A DNA stretch of 64,000 bases, from contig JBKAGE010000070.1 of NCBI GenBank assembly GCA_046290225.1, forward strand, positions 192,001 to 256,000, given 5' to 3'. Below, piece by piece: positions 46,549-58,438 of this stretch. The position numbers were made by a program, and so were the translations under genes. The notes under the pieces were generated by a model. It saw nothing but the letters and a program-made list of their open reading frames with translations, did no database searches and was not told the DNA's origin. Position 1 is the stretch's first letter. The number at the start of each line of letters is the position of its first letter. This DNA comes from Bradymonadia bacterium (GTDB taxonomy: Bacteria > Myxococcota_A > Bradymonadia > UBA7976 > UBA1532).

Positions 46549-47172
46549 TCAGCCCGTGGGCTCGGTGCGTATATCCGTGAGCGTTTTTGCCCCCGGCTCC
46601 CCATCGGTGACGGCCTCTTCCATCAAGGCCTTGACCTTCGCCGGTGACGCGAGGATGGGTCCGCTGGACAAAAGCGGCGCCGCATCGAGATCCTCAGCTT
46701 CCATCATTTCTACGATGCGGCTCAAGATTTCGTCGATCTCTGCCCGCTCTGCCTCGGAGAGCGCACGCAAGCGCCGGGCAAACCGCTCGTGGAGCGGCGA
46801 GGGCACCGACTCCACGAGGCTCACACCGGTCTCGGTGAGGGCCACCACCACTCGGCGCCTGTCCTGAGCGTGACGCGTGCGGCTCAGGCACCCTCGAGCC
46901 TCGAGACGATCGAGGATGCCGGTGACGGTGGCCTGGCTGAGCGAGACCTGACCCGCGAGCTCGCTCGGCGTGATCGTGCCCGCCTTGCGAATCATCCGCA
47001 GACACACCAGCTGGGGGCCGGTGAGCGTGTACTTTTGAGCCAGCTCTTTGCTGTAGAGATCGACCGCTCGAATCATGCGCCTGATGGAGATCAGGATGCG
47101 ATCTTCATAGTCGAAGGTGTCGTCGTCGCGGGTCGGTCCATCGGAGGATGAAGCGTGTTTTTTGATGCTCAA
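46549..47172 (-). CDS. MarR-family transcriptional regulator (EctR-like)
   Basis: ILISIRRMIRAVDLYSKEL...LTGPQL, SLSQATVTGILDRLE.RG, DRR.V...LT..G. Start uncertain (TTG 47172 chosen). Confidence 0.85.
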   Translation of the reverse strand: MSIKKHASSSDGPTRDDDTFDYEDRILISIRRMIRAVDLYSKELAQKYTLTGPQLVCLRMIRKAGTITPSELAGQVSLSQATVTGILDRLEARGCLSRTRHAQDRRRVVVALTETGVSLVESVPSPLHERFARRLRALSEAERAEIDEILSRIVEMMEAEDLDAAPLLSSGPILASPAKVKALMEEAVTDGEPGAKTLTDIRTEPTG

Positions 47173-47317
47173 TGGCGCACTCGAAGAGAAGGACGCTGTT
47201 TTGTCTGCGACGCTTATACTATGACGCAGTGAAAACCCATCTCTCTCAAATCGCGGTGAGCGCCTTTTATGGCGTCTCACCTGTTCGGGCGCGGTGTGCG
47301 CAGATCGGGGAACGACA

Positions 47318-47566
47318 GTGAACGGGAACGAACTTCAGATCGCCGCCGACGGCAGCCTCGTGATCCCCGCAGAGGTGCTCACCGCCCTCGGCTGGCAAGC
47401 CGGTGGCCAGGTGACCTTCGAGATCAGCGGCGCCGGCATCCGCCTCGAGCGGGCCCGCCCAGGCCTCATGCCCCAGGATCAACGCTCCGACCTCCACGCC
47501 ACGATGGAGATGAGCCGCGACCAGATCAAAGCCCTCACCGAAGAGAAGCTCCGCAACGGGAAGTGA
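47318..47566 (+). CDS. AbrB/MazE/SpoVT-like small DNA-binding protein
   Basis: QIAADGSLVIPAEVLTALGWQAGGQVTFEISGAGIRLER matches the swapped-hairpin pattern. Confidence 0.7.
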   Translation: MNGNELQIAADGSLVIPAEVLTALGWQAGGQVTFEISGAGIRLERARPGLMPQDQRSDLHATMEMSRDQIKALTEEKLRNGK

Positions 47567-47596
47567 GACCCCACTGACAGCTCCACGCCCCCCGAG

Positions 47597-47610
47597 CTGT
47601 AAATTTACAG
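47597..47610. promoter_or_regulatory. Perfect 14-bp palindrome CTGTAAATTTACAG upstream of sdhCAB (candidate operator)
   Basis: AT-rich perfect palindrome in a GC-rich intergenic region, upstream of TTGCGC (47631) and TATAAA (47656). Confidence 0.45.
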
Positions 47611-47849
47611 GCTTGTCAAACATGTTGTGCTTGCGCACCGCACCGGTGTCGGGAGTATAAAGCCCGACCCGGCAGCGGCTGCCCTGCGACCTCTCGACCC
47701 GACGGTTGAAGGCGCGCGGGGCAGATGATGCTACTCGAACAGAAACGGAAGACCTCGTCGAACATCATTGAGGTGTGAGGCAGAGGCTCTGCCGTCAAAT
47801 CAAACCGCCCTGAGGCCCGCCGTCTCGGGCGGGCACGGAGGCCGAGGCA

Positions 47850-48515
47850 GTGAGCGCCCCAGGGAATGCGATGATGTCAACGGTGGTACGCAAGTGGATC
47901 GTGGGGCTCACAGGCCTCGGGCTGGTGGGCTTCTTGGTGGCCCACATGACCGGCAACGTCCTCATCTACAAAGAGGGCGCCATGAACGCCTACGCCAAGG
48001 GGCTGCACGATCTCTCGATCCTGCCCCTGCTCGAGATCGGGCTGATGGTGATGTTCGTGCTGCACATCGGCCTGGTCATCGGCTTCGTGATGCAGAGCAA
48101 CAAGGCCAAGGGCGGTGGCAAGTACGCCGTCACCGCCTCGAAGCGTAAAGAGGGCGGCATCTTCGAGCTGATCTCCGCCAAGGCCATGGCCATCAGCGGC
48201 ATGATCGTGCTCGCCTTCCTCGTGGTGCACATCCTCGACTTCCGCCTGCAGCGCGAAGAGATCGAGGGCGTCTCCGGCGGGGTCGAGGCCTACACCAAGA
48301 CCACCCTCGCCGTGGGCTGGAAGGCGATCCTGTACGCCGTGGCCAGCCTGCTCGTGGGCTGGCACATCTTCCGGGGCATCCAGAGCGGGTTCCGGTCGCT
48401 GGGCTTCTACCACGAGAAATACTCTCCGCTCATTCACAAGGGCGGCCGGGTGCTGTCTGTCATCGTGGGGTTGGGCTTCGCCTCGATCCCCCTTTGGATC
48501 CTGGTCACGCAGTAA
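47850..48515 (+). CDS. sdhC: Succinate dehydrogenase/fumarate reductase cytochrome b subunit (b558 type)
   Basis: RK.I.GLTGL, four TM His (AHM, LHI, VHI, WHI), S.FRSLG; directly precedes sdhA. Alternative start ATG 47871. Confidence 0.9.
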   Translation: MSAPGNAMMSTVVRKWIVGLTGLGLVGFLVAHMTGNVLIYKEGAMNAYAKGLHDLSILPLLEIGLMVMFVLHIGLVIGFVMQSNKAKGGGKYAVTASKRKEGGIFELISAKAMAISGMIVLAFLVVHILDFRLQREEIEGVSGGVEAYTKTTLAVGWKAILYAVASLLVGWHIFRGIQSGFRSLGFYHEKYSPLIHKGGRVLSVIVGLGFASIPLWILVTQ

Positions 48516-48529
48516 GGAGGCAATCGCTC

Positions 48530-50445
<1,916 letters not shown>

Positions 50446-50449
<4 letters not shown>

Positions 50450-51207
50450 GCGACGAGAAGCGGAACTACACCCTCAAGATCTGGCGCCAGCGTGGCGCCT
50501 CCGGTCAGGGGAAGTTCGAGACCCACCCCATGGAGGGGGTCTCGACGTCGAGCTCGTTCCTCGAGATGCTCGACATGCTCAACCTCAAGCTGCTCGCCGA
50601 GGGTGGCGATCCCGTGGCCTTCGACCACGACTGCCGCGAGGGCATCTGTGGCTCCTGTGGCTTCGTGATCAACGGCCAGGCCCACGGCAAGGAGCGGGGC
50701 ACTACGGTGTGCCAGCTGCACATGCGGGTGTTCCCCAACAACGCCACGCTGGTCCTTGAGCCCTGGCGCTCCGCAGGCTTCCCCATCGTCAAGGACCTGC
50801 ACGTCATGCGTGAGGCCTTCGACCGCATCATCACCGCCGGTGGGTACAACTCGGTGAACTGCGGCAACGCCCCCGACGCCAACTCGATCCTCGTGGGTCA
50901 GGAAGACGCGTCGAAGGCCTTCGACGCCGCCACCTGCATCGGCTGCGGCGCCTGCGTCGCTGCCTGCAAGAACGGCTCTGCGCTGCTCTTCGTCTCGGCG
51001 AAGGTGGGCCACCTCTCGATGCTGCCCCAGGGCAAGCCCGAGCGCGCCCGTCGCGTGCTGCGCATGGTGGAGCAGATGGAGAAGGAAGGCTTCGGTGGCT
51101 GCTCGAACACCCTCGAGTGCGAAGCCGCCTGTCCCAAGGAGATCTCCGCCTCCTGGATCCAGCGCCTCACCCGCGAGTACATGAAGGCCCGCATCAGCCG
51201 CGCCTGA
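50446..51207 (+). CDS. sdhB: Succinate dehydrogenase/fumarate reductase Fe-S subunit
   Basis: [36 protein letters not shown] overlap with sdhA. Confidence 0.96.
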
Positions 51208-51288
51208 TGCGCCCCGACGCGTTGCGTCGTTCCCTGCCCCCTCTCATCTACACTCATCTACTCGGACGCCCCTGCCGTTCTGGCAGAC

Positions 51289-52188
51289 ATGCCCGACACC
51301 GATCAGACCAAAGCACCCCAAACATCTACCGCCAGTACCCCCAAAGGGGCAGGTTGCCTCGTTGTGGGTTTTGCCCTCGTCTACTGGTCCACGGTCATCG
51401 CCCTGGTGATGCTCGCCGTCTTTGGCTTCATCAACCATCAGTTCGGCTGTGAGCTCGAGCTCGAAGGCTCTGAAGTCCCCGAGGTCCCCGGATGGTATGC
51501 CTTTGGCATCCTCGTGCTCGCCGGGGTCATGGGCCTCATCGGACGGCTGACGGAGCGGTTCAAGGCCCGCTGGGACTGGAAGGGCGCCTGCATCCCCGGC
51601 GGCGCCCTCGTGTTGTTCATCACCCTGGCGGTGGTTGTCGGTGGACCCTACTTCGATCGCTACATCAACTACGGCGGCGAAGCGGAGTGGGCCGCCGCCA
51701 CCGATCGCCCCGAAGTGCTCCACCAGCTGCGAGATACAGGCTACCTGCCTGATCCGATCCGCGACGAGATGCTCTTCCAGGCGATCCGCTGGGACAGCCC
51801 CGCAGCGACTCGGGCGCTGCTCGAAATGCGTCCTCCTCCAGATCTCACCGCCGAGGCACCGACTCAGAACCGCGGCTGGACACCTTTGCTGCTCGCCTGC
51901 AGCGGCGCGCGCCTCGAGATCGTGCACATGCTCCTCGAGGCCGGCGCCCCCGTGAACCAACAAGGCACCCTCGGCCGTACCTGCTTGCACATCGCCCTGG
52001 GCATCCCGCCGCACCCGCGAAAGGGTGAAATCGTCACCAGCGAGGCAGGGCGTCTCGCCTATGTGGAACTGCTCATGAAGTTCGGCGCTGATCCCACCCT
52101 GGTGAGCGAGCACGAAGAGACCGCCTTGGGCATCGCCGCTCAACGTCGATGGGCCAGCATCGAAAAAGCGTTGCAGAAGCAAAGATAG
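51289..52188 (+). CDS. Membrane-anchored ankyrin-repeat protein
   Basis: Three N-terminal TM segments; GWTPLLLA, LLEAGA.VN, GRTCLHIA, GADPT, ETAL.IA. Confidence 0.85.
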   Translation: MPDTDQTKAPQTSTASTPKGAGCLVVGFALVYWSTVIALVMLAVFGFINHQFGCELELEGSEVPEVPGWYAFGILVLAGVMGLIGRLTERFKARWDWKGACIPGGALVLFITLAVVVGGPYFDRYINYGGEAEWAAATDRPEVLHQLRDTGYLPDPIRDEMLFQAIRWDSPAATRALLEMRPPPDLTAEAPTQNRGWTPLLLACSGARLEIVHMLLEAGAPVNQQGTLGRTCLHIALGIPPHPRKGEIVTSEAGRLAYVELLMKFGADPTLVSEHEETALGIAAQRRWASIEKALQKQR

Positions 52189-52259
52189 AGTATCCCAGCT
52201 GACGACCTCCGCCCATCTCGGGTATCTTCTTCACAGCCCACCATCAGAGGAGCCCTGAG

Positions 52260-52709
52260 ATGGCCTACCCCAACCGCGAGTTGATCCGTGTGCTGCGAGA
52301 GACCGCCGAGCGCCTCGATCAGGGCGCCCAGTATCGGTGGACACACATGGGGGCGTGCAATTGCGGTCATGTGGCCCAGACCATCACCCGCCTGACCCGA
52401 GCCCAGATCAGGGCCTTTGCGCTGCAGAAAGCCGGTGACTGGGGTCAGCAGGCGGTGGAGTTCTGCCCCACCAGCGGATACGAGATCGATCAGATTCTGC
52501 AGATGATGGTGGAGCTGGGCATGACCCGAGCAGACATCGCCCACCTGGAGCGGCTCACCGATCGCGCGATCTTGAAGCGACTCCCCCTCGGAGAGCGCCA
52601 CCTCGACTACCGCGATCGCGATCATGTTGTGAAATACATGCAAGTCTGGGCCGACATGCTCGAAGAAGGCCTCGAAGCGGCCACAGATGTAGAGACTCAA
52701 GTGGCCTGA
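52260..52709 (+). CDS. Hypothetical protein with W.HMGACNCGH motif
   Basis: GAGGAG RBS; compact ORF with a Cys/His cluster and a later FCPTSG. Confidence 0.75.
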   Translation: MAYPNRELIRVLRETAERLDQGAQYRWTHMGACNCGHVAQTITRLTRAQIRAFALQKAGDWGQQAVEFCPTSGYEIDQILQMMVELGMTRADIAHLERLTDRAILKRLPLGERHLDYRDRDHVVKYMQVWADMLEEGLEAATDVETQVA

Positions 52710-52727
52710 GGCCGAGCCAGCGGAGAT

Positions 52728-53663
52728 TCAGCCCCGAGCCTCCACGGCCTCCACGAGGGCGGGATACCAGGGGCCCATGAGCTCCCCTCGCTGCGAGAGA
52801 CTGGCCAGGGCATCCACGGCGCTGGACTCTTCTTGCAGGCGTACGAAACGCGAGGCGAGCGCCACCGCAGCACCCACCGAGATCTGACTCGGCTCATCGG
52901 CCTCCGAGGCCCCCTCCCACTGCTTCAAGCCGGCGACGATCGACAGCAGAGCCTTGAGATTGGGCACCCGCCCGAGCAGCTCGAACACCCATGTGGGCGC
53001 CTCCTCGAGTTGCCGCTCCTCCCGCTCGGTGAGGGGGGCCTGTCGCACCAGTCGAGCGAGGAGTGAAGGCGTCAACGTATCGAGCAGGGGCGAGATCAAG
53101 GCCCCCACCTCACCGGCCCAGTGCTCTTTGTGTTGTGCATGGGTGCACATGGCCCGGAACAGTTGCTGCACCTCGGCGCCGGCACCGTGGATCGCCGGGT
53201 GGGTGCCATCGAGCACGTCCCACAGCGGACTGATGTCGAGGGCCTCCTCATCTTCGAAGTGACCGGTGGCCATGGCCTCGTTGTGTTGCACGACAGCCTC
53301 GTCGAGGGTCTCCAGCAACACCTTGGGCGGGCATGGCTTGTTCAGAATGCGGAACACCCCAGCCTCTTCGATCACCCGAAGCAGATCTTCTGGATCGGAC
53401 TGGCCGGTGAGTAGAACCCGGGTCACCTCAGGATGACACTCGCGGGCGTGGGTGAGCAGCTGCAGGCCGGTCATCGTGGGCATGCGCATGTCGGCCACCA
53501 CCACCGCGAAAGGCCCGTGCTCATCGAGCAGGGCGATGGCCTCCTCGGGCTGACTCGTGGTGGTCACGGTGTAGTGTCGACGCAGGACCTGCCTCAGTCC
53601 CTCGAGTAATTGGGGCTCATCATCAACGCACAGAATGGGCACCTTGGCTGCACGACCCATCAC
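52728..53663 (-). CDS. Response regulator (REC plus degenerate helical HD/HDOD-like region)
   Basis: ILCVDDE, VADMRMP, LTG, KP; overlaps upstream stop. Confidence 0.88.
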   Translation of the reverse strand: MMGRAAKVPILCVDDEPQLLEGLRQVLRRHYTVTTTSQPEEAIALLDEHGPFAVVVADMRMPTMTGLQLLTHARECHPEVTRVLLTGQSDPEDLLRVIEEAGVFRILNKPCPPKVLLETLDEAVVQHNEAMATGHFEDEEALDISPLWDVLDGTHPAIHGAGAEVQQLFRAMCTHAQHKEHWAGEVGALISPLLDTLTPSLLARLVRQAPLTEREERQLEEAPTWVFELLGRVPNLKALLSIVAGLKQWEGASEADEPSQISVGAAVALASRFVRLQEESSAVDALASLSQRGELMGPWYPALVEAVEARG

Positions 53664-54913
53664 TGATCTCCCTTGTCCAGTGCGCCGACCTTCACGGCCT
53701 CCTGATGTGCGATCTCACGCCATCGGGGCAGCTCGGCGGCGAAGCCCTGTGTCTCCGGATAGTCGGGGCTGAAGGCCACCGCACTCGCCGGTGGCTTGGC
53801 CAGGCCCAGCTCGGAGATGAGCACGTCGGCGACGTGCACGGCGCTGAGGACGTCGAAGTCGCGCTGGGGCACCGCTTCGGGGGTGTGGTGGTGGGCCACA
53901 GCCTCGACGATGGGCCAGGGCAGGCCCCACAGACCCACGAGATAAGCCCCCACCTCGGCGTGGGTCACCCCGGAGATCTCCCGCTCGATCTCGTGGAATG
54001 GCCGATCTTCTTTCTGAGCGCGGTGAGAGACCTCGTCGAAATAGTCCGGCTGTTGCTGAGCCACGATGAGCTTGCCGATGTTGTGCAGCATGCCCGCCAT
54101 GAAGGCGTCTTCTGCCGTAGACATATCGTCCACGAGCCGCCGGGCGATGTGGGCCGTGAGCAGGGCGTGGTGCTGCAAGCTTTCGAGGGAGAAGGTCTTG
54201 GCCTTGATGCGGCCGTTGCCCTTGAAGGCGTCGACGGTGAGCACCAGGCTCCTGACATTGTCGAAGCCCAGGTAGCCGATGGCCTCGCTCACCTTGGTGA
54301 TGCGCCGGGGCATGCGATAGAAGCCCGAGTTCACCAGTTGGAGCACCTTGGCCGCCATGGCCATGTCCTGTTCCAGGATCGCCCCCACCTTGCGCTGGTC
54401 GCAGGTGGGCTCTTGTAAGATCCGCTGCAATCGCTGATAGGTCGATGGCGGAGAAGGCAGGCTGTCGATTTGCCCGACCAGGTCGCGAATCGTCGAGTTC
54501 GACGCGAGCTCCGACAGATTGCAGGCCCGATCGAGCACATTGTCGAGCTGCTCGGCGTCACAGGGCTTGCTCAAGCACTGGTGAGCCACCGCCAGGGCGC
54601 GCTCCGCCATGCTCATCTCGCTGTAGCCTGAGAGCACGATGCGCACGAGGCGGGGGTGGGCCTCCTTCACCCTCTCGAGCAGGGTGGCGCCGTCCATCCC
54701 CGGCATCTTCATGTCGGAGATGATGGCGTCGTAGTCACCCTCCTCTTCGAGACGCTCCAGGGCGTTCACGCCGCTGGTGACGAAGGTCATGTTCCACTTT
54801 CGGCGATGACGCCGGAGTCGATCTCGTAGCCCGTCGAGCACCCGCTGCTCGTCATCGACGAAGAGCAGCTTGCGCTTGGGGCCTCGGGCACGTCTGCGCT
54901 CTGAGAGACTCAT
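53660..54913 (-). CDS. Response regulator with REC and HDOD domains
   Basis: LFVDDE, ISDMKMP, KP; LPSPP, AKVLQLVNS.FY, AGMLHNIGKL, THAEVGAYL..LWGLP, HH.P. Confidence 0.93.
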   Translation of the reverse strand: MSLSERRRARGPKRKLLFVDDEQRVLDGLRDRLRRHRRKWNMTFVTSGVNALERLEEEGDYDAIISDMKMPGMDGATLLERVKEAHPRLVRIVLSGYSEMSMAERALAVAHQCLSKPCDAEQLDNVLDRACNLSELASNSTIRDLVGQIDSLPSPPSTYQRLQRILQEPTCDQRKVGAILEQDMAMAAKVLQLVNSGFYRMPRRITKVSEAIGYLGFDNVRSLVLTVDAFKGNGRIKAKTFSLESLQHHALLTAHIARRLVDDMSTAEDAFMAGMLHNIGKLIVAQQQPDYFDEVSHRAQKEDRPFHEIEREISGVTHAEVGAYLVGLWGLPWPIVEAVAHHHTPEAVPQRDFDVLSAVHVADVLISELGLAKPPASAVAFSPDYPETQGFAAELPRWREIAHQEAVKVGALDKGDQ

Positions 54914-56454
54914 CCGATCATCTCCCCCATGGCAGGACCATGGCCCACGGGGAGCCGCACGTAGAACGTGGTGCCTTCGCCGGGCGTGGTCTCGAAGCTC
55001 AGCGTGCCATTGTGCTTCTCGGTGACGATGGTCCGGGCCAGCGACAGCCCCTGGCCGGTGCCCTTGCCCACCTCTTTCGTGGTGAAGAACGGGTCGAAGA
55101 TGCGCTCCTGTACCTCAAGCGGGATCCCCGAGCCGGTGTCGGTGATGGCCACCACCACCTCGTGTCCTTCGTGGGTGGTACTGAGGGTAATGCGGCCCAT
55201 CTCGCCCGAGTGCGCCTGCTCGGCGCTCTTCTGTTTGCCCTCGATGGCATGGGCGGCGTTCACGATGAGATTGAGGAACACCTGATTGAGATCGCCCAGG
55301 TGACACATCACCTGAGGCACCACGCCAAAGCGCGTCTCCACCTCGGCGACGTACTTGTATTCGTTGCGCGCCACCGTCAGCGCGCTCTCCAGGGCGTTGT
55401 TGAGATCCGCTGGGGCTTTCTCCCGGGTGTCGGGGTGGGCGAACTCTTTCATCGCCCGAACGATCGTCGCCACCCGCTCGATGCCATCGAGGCTGCGATC
55501 GAAGGCCTGAGGCACATGCTCGTCGAGGTAGGACAAATCGGCGTCCTCCTCCAGCTCTTCGATCTCCTCCAGGGCGTCTTGAGATTTGGCGTTCTGGGTC
55601 ACCGAAGGCTTCAGCGCCCGCCATGCGGCGAGGATCTCCCAGAGATCTTCGAAAGCGCCCCGCAGGAAGTGCACGCTGTCGCCGATGTACTGCACCGGCG
55701 TGTTGATCTCGTGGGCGATGCCTGCAGCGAGTTGCCCCACAGCTTCCAGCTTCTGGGCCAGGCGCAGCTCGCGCTCCACCCGAGCCCGCTCCTCCATTTG
55801 CTGCTTGAGGGCCTCGTTCGCCTCTTGGAGCTGGTTCGTGCGATCGCTCACCGCCTCTTCGAGATCGCTCAACTGACCGAGCAGGTCACGATGAAGCGTC
55901 CACTTTCGAGTGAGGGCCAGGGTGGCCTGCATCACCTCGATGTTGTCGAAGGGCTTCTTCAGGATCAGCAGGTTGTCCCGCTCACCCACCTGGGAAATGA
56001 TGTCGTTCCAGTCGTAATCGGAATACGCCGTACACAGCACCACCTGCAGGTAGGGATCCTCCTTCCAGATGTGACCGATGGTCTCGATGCCATCCCACCC
56101 CGGGGGCATGCGCACGTCGGTGAAGGCCATCATGTAGGGTCGGCCCTCGGCGATGGCTTTCTTCACCATGCGCAGGCCCTCCTGCCCCTGATAGGCCGAG
56201 TCGATTTCCAGGTTCTCCAGACCGCTCACCGCAGACTGAGTCTCCGTACCGAAGAGCTCTGCCTCCAGGGCGTCGAGATCAGGGTCAGAGGACTGACCCA
56301 TGCCCAGGATCTTCCTGATGTCCTCGTGGATCGACGGGTTGTCGTCGATCACCAGGATCCGATGCTTCTCACTCTGGGTGTTGTCCGTGCTCACCAGCTG
56401 TACCCCATCGATGACACCCCCGGCCCGTTCAAACAACGAACCTGAATGAATCAT
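54910..56454 (-). CDS. Cytoplasmic hybrid histidine kinase (REC - HisKA - HATPase)
   Basis: ILVIDDN, DVRMPPGWDG, KKPF; GIAHEINTP, QVFLNLIVNA, DTGSGI, FDPFFTTK, GTGQGL; no TM segment. Confidence 0.94.
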   Translation of the reverse strand: MIHSGSLFERAGGVIDGVQLVSTDNTQSEKHRILVIDDNPSIHEDIRKILGMGQSSDPDLDALEAELFGTETQSAVSGLENLEIDSAYQGQEGLRMVKKAIAEGRPYMMAFTDVRMPPGWDGIETIGHIWKEDPYLQVVLCTAYSDYDWNDIISQVGERDNLLILKKPFDNIEVMQATLALTRKWTLHRDLLGQLSDLEEAVSDRTNQLQEANEALKQQMEERARVERELRLAQKLEAVGQLAAGIAHEINTPVQYIGDSVHFLRGAFEDLWEILAAWRALKPSVTQNAKSQDALEEIEELEEDADLSYLDEHVPQAFDRSLDGIERVATIVRAMKEFAHPDTREKAPADLNNALESALTVARNEYKYVAEVETRFGVVPQVMCHLGDLNQVFLNLIVNAAHAIEGKQKSAEQAHSGEMGRITLSTTHEGHEVVVAITDTGSGIPLEVQERIFDPFFTTKEVGKGTGQGLSLARTIVTEKHNGTLSFETTPGEGTTFYVRLPVGHGPAMGEMIG

Positions 56455-56541
56455 CGGAACAGGGCGCCCTTGATTTGATCAGCGGGTCGTCACGACACCG
56501 GGGGCCCCATTTGGGTCATGGGCACACACCTGCGTTCGAGG

Positions 56542-57843
56542 CTATCGCTTGGGGCGCAGGCCCCAAAGAGTGCGCACTGCCGCTTCGGTGAGATCGTGGA
56601 TGAACGGATCAGCCACCGTGTCGTACTCGTACTCGTCGTCGTTGAGCACGCCATTGGCGTTGGTGTAGAGGGCCACGGTGATGAAGAGGGCCTTTCGGCG
56701 ACCGCGCTTGGGATGCTCGAAATAAGCATTCTCGATGCGAAACCCATACGCTTTGCCCGCCTTGTTCCAGACCGTCCAGTCCTCCACAGGTGCGAACCGG
56801 CTCAACCCGCCGAGGACGGGCTTGAAGCGCAAAGGATCATAGGTCTCTTCAGGGAGCAACGGATCAGTCGACTCTCCAGGCCGCATACGCATCGTCTCTT
56901 TCAAGAAGGCGCGATCTGCCTTGCGCAATCCAAAGCCCTTTCCAGGCACCTTGAGATCAGGGCGCACGATCTTCATCAGCATGTTCTGTAAATCGACGAG
57001 GCCCATCCGGTTCTTGTAGGTGAAGGACATCGGCGTCTCGACGAGCTCGCCACCCACCATGTGTCCCTGCCCCACCTGAATCCCCTTCAGCGTCTCGGGG
57101 AGAGGCTGCAGTGTACCCGGGCTCACCCTGACCTTCTGTTGCACAGTGGGGGGCGTCTCGAAATCACCATCTACGTGAAAGTCGAGGGGCTCCGACCAGC
57201 GGTTCTCTTCTACCGTTCGGCGACGGGACAAGCGGTGAAAGATGCGGGTCTTCTCGAGACCCACCCTCTGGACCAGCGCGTCGATGCGATCTTGCCCGGC
57301 AAAGCCATAGAGACGGTCGAAGGCCCGATTGTCGGAGACGATCGACATCTTCTTGATCTCGTGGCCGAGGGTGATGCGCCCGTTGGCAAGGTGAGTCTCG
57401 TCGGTGCTCTCCAGCTCGGGCTGGTCGACAAAGAGCCGATGCACCGCCAATGGCGTGTCGAGGGTGATCTTCGCCCGCTTGAGGGTGCGATCACGGCGCA
57501 GACGGCGCATGGTGGCCACCGCCGCCAGGGTCTTCACGGCGCTCGCAGGATAGAAATACTCCGCATCGACCCGAAACCCGTGTCGCACGACCCGGTAACG
57601 GCTCTGGCCCTTCTTCAGGCGGCCCTTGACCCGCTCGACCTCGGTGATGAGCACCTGAACACGGTGACCCTCGAGGTCATCTACGGCGGGGTGAAACTTC
57701 TGAGGCCACCGCTGAAACAGCTTCTCTACGAAGTCATCTTCGAGCACAGGGGCAGGCTCGGCGGCCTGGGCTGAGCCCGCCCACAGCGCCCAAAACGCCC
57801 ACAACACCCACCAGCCATGGCTGCTCTGTCGCCTGAACGACAT
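56542..57843 (-). CDS. Secreted serine hydrolase, beta-lactamase/PBP-like fold
   Basis: Signal peptide AQA; YPASAVK (SxxK), SDN, NKAG triad motifs. Confidence 0.82.
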   Translation of the reverse strand: MSFRRQSSHGWWVLWAFWALWAGSAQAAEPAPVLEDDFVEKLFQRWPQKFHPAVDDLEGHRVQVLITEVERVKGRLKKGQSRYRVVRHGFRVDAEYFYPASAVKTLAAVATMRRLRRDRTLKRAKITLDTPLAVHRLFVDQPELESTDETHLANGRITLGHEIKKMSIVSDNRAFDRLYGFAGQDRIDALVQRVGLEKTRIFHRLSRRRTVEENRWSEPLDFHVDGDFETPPTVQQKVRVSPGTLQPLPETLKGIQVGQGHMVGGELVETPMSFTYKNRMGLVDLQNMLMKIVRPDLKVPGKGFGLRKADRAFLKETMRMRPGESTDPLLPEETYDPLRFKPVLGGLSRFAPVEDWTVWNKAGKAYGFRIENAYFEHPKRGRRKALFITVALYTNANGVLNDDEYEYDTVADPFIHDLTEAAVRTLWGLRPKR

Positions 57844-57959
57844 CGTATTCACCCTCATTGATGACAGCTGCTGGCCCTGACGCACACCGCCGAGCGGTTG
57901 TGCATCTCACCGGCCAATGAAATCCGAAGACGTGCTCAGATCCACACGACAGTGGACCT

Positions 57960-58412
57960 CTAAATGCAGGCGTCACACACCCCACGCAGGTGAATCTGCA
58001 CCTGCTGGCTGTGTACCGCCCGGGGTGCAGCGGCGCTGGAGACCGTGAGCTTGACCCCGTCGAGGCACTGCACCTGACCACAGTCCACGCACACGAAGTG
58101 CGGGTGACCCTCGGCGTGGTCGTGATGATCGTGCTCGTCGTCACCCATCAGTTCGAAGCGCCAGGTGTGATCACCCACGTCGATGCGTCGCACCAGGCCC
58201 GACTGCGTGAGATCGGTGAGGTTGCGATAGATCGTGGCGCGATCAAAGCCCTGAGGCACCAGCTGCTCCACGAGATCGCCGTGGCTCAGAGGGGTCTGCG
58301 CGTGCTCCAAGCACATATAGACGATGATGCGGCCACGTGTGGCACGCAGGCCTGCGTCTCGGATCAGGCCACGGAGCTCTTCGTAGCGCTGAGATGTGAT
58401 CTGCATGGTCAT
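57960..58412 (-). CDS. Fur-family metalloregulator, probably Zur
   Basis: GLRATRGR, DRATIYRNL, HPHFVCVDCG, GVCDAC; His-rich loop; lies in a metal-uptake locus. Confidence 0.9.
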   Translation of the reverse strand: MTMQITSQRYEELRGLIRDAGLRATRGRIIVYMCLEHAQTPLSHGDLVEQLVPQGFDRATIYRNLTDLTQSGLVRRIDVGDHTWRFELMGDDEHDHHDHAEGHPHFVCVDCGQVQCLDGVKLTVSSAAAPRAVHSQQVQIHLRGVCDACI

Positions 58413-58438
58413 GAAAACCAGATTACCCCGTGATGAGA

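Noticed and set aside
56542..57843. Bona fide beta-lactam resistance gene
   Set aside because: SxxK/SDN/KAG indicate the fold only; large insertions and no evidence of a class A omega-loop motif, so function is left as serine hydrolase.
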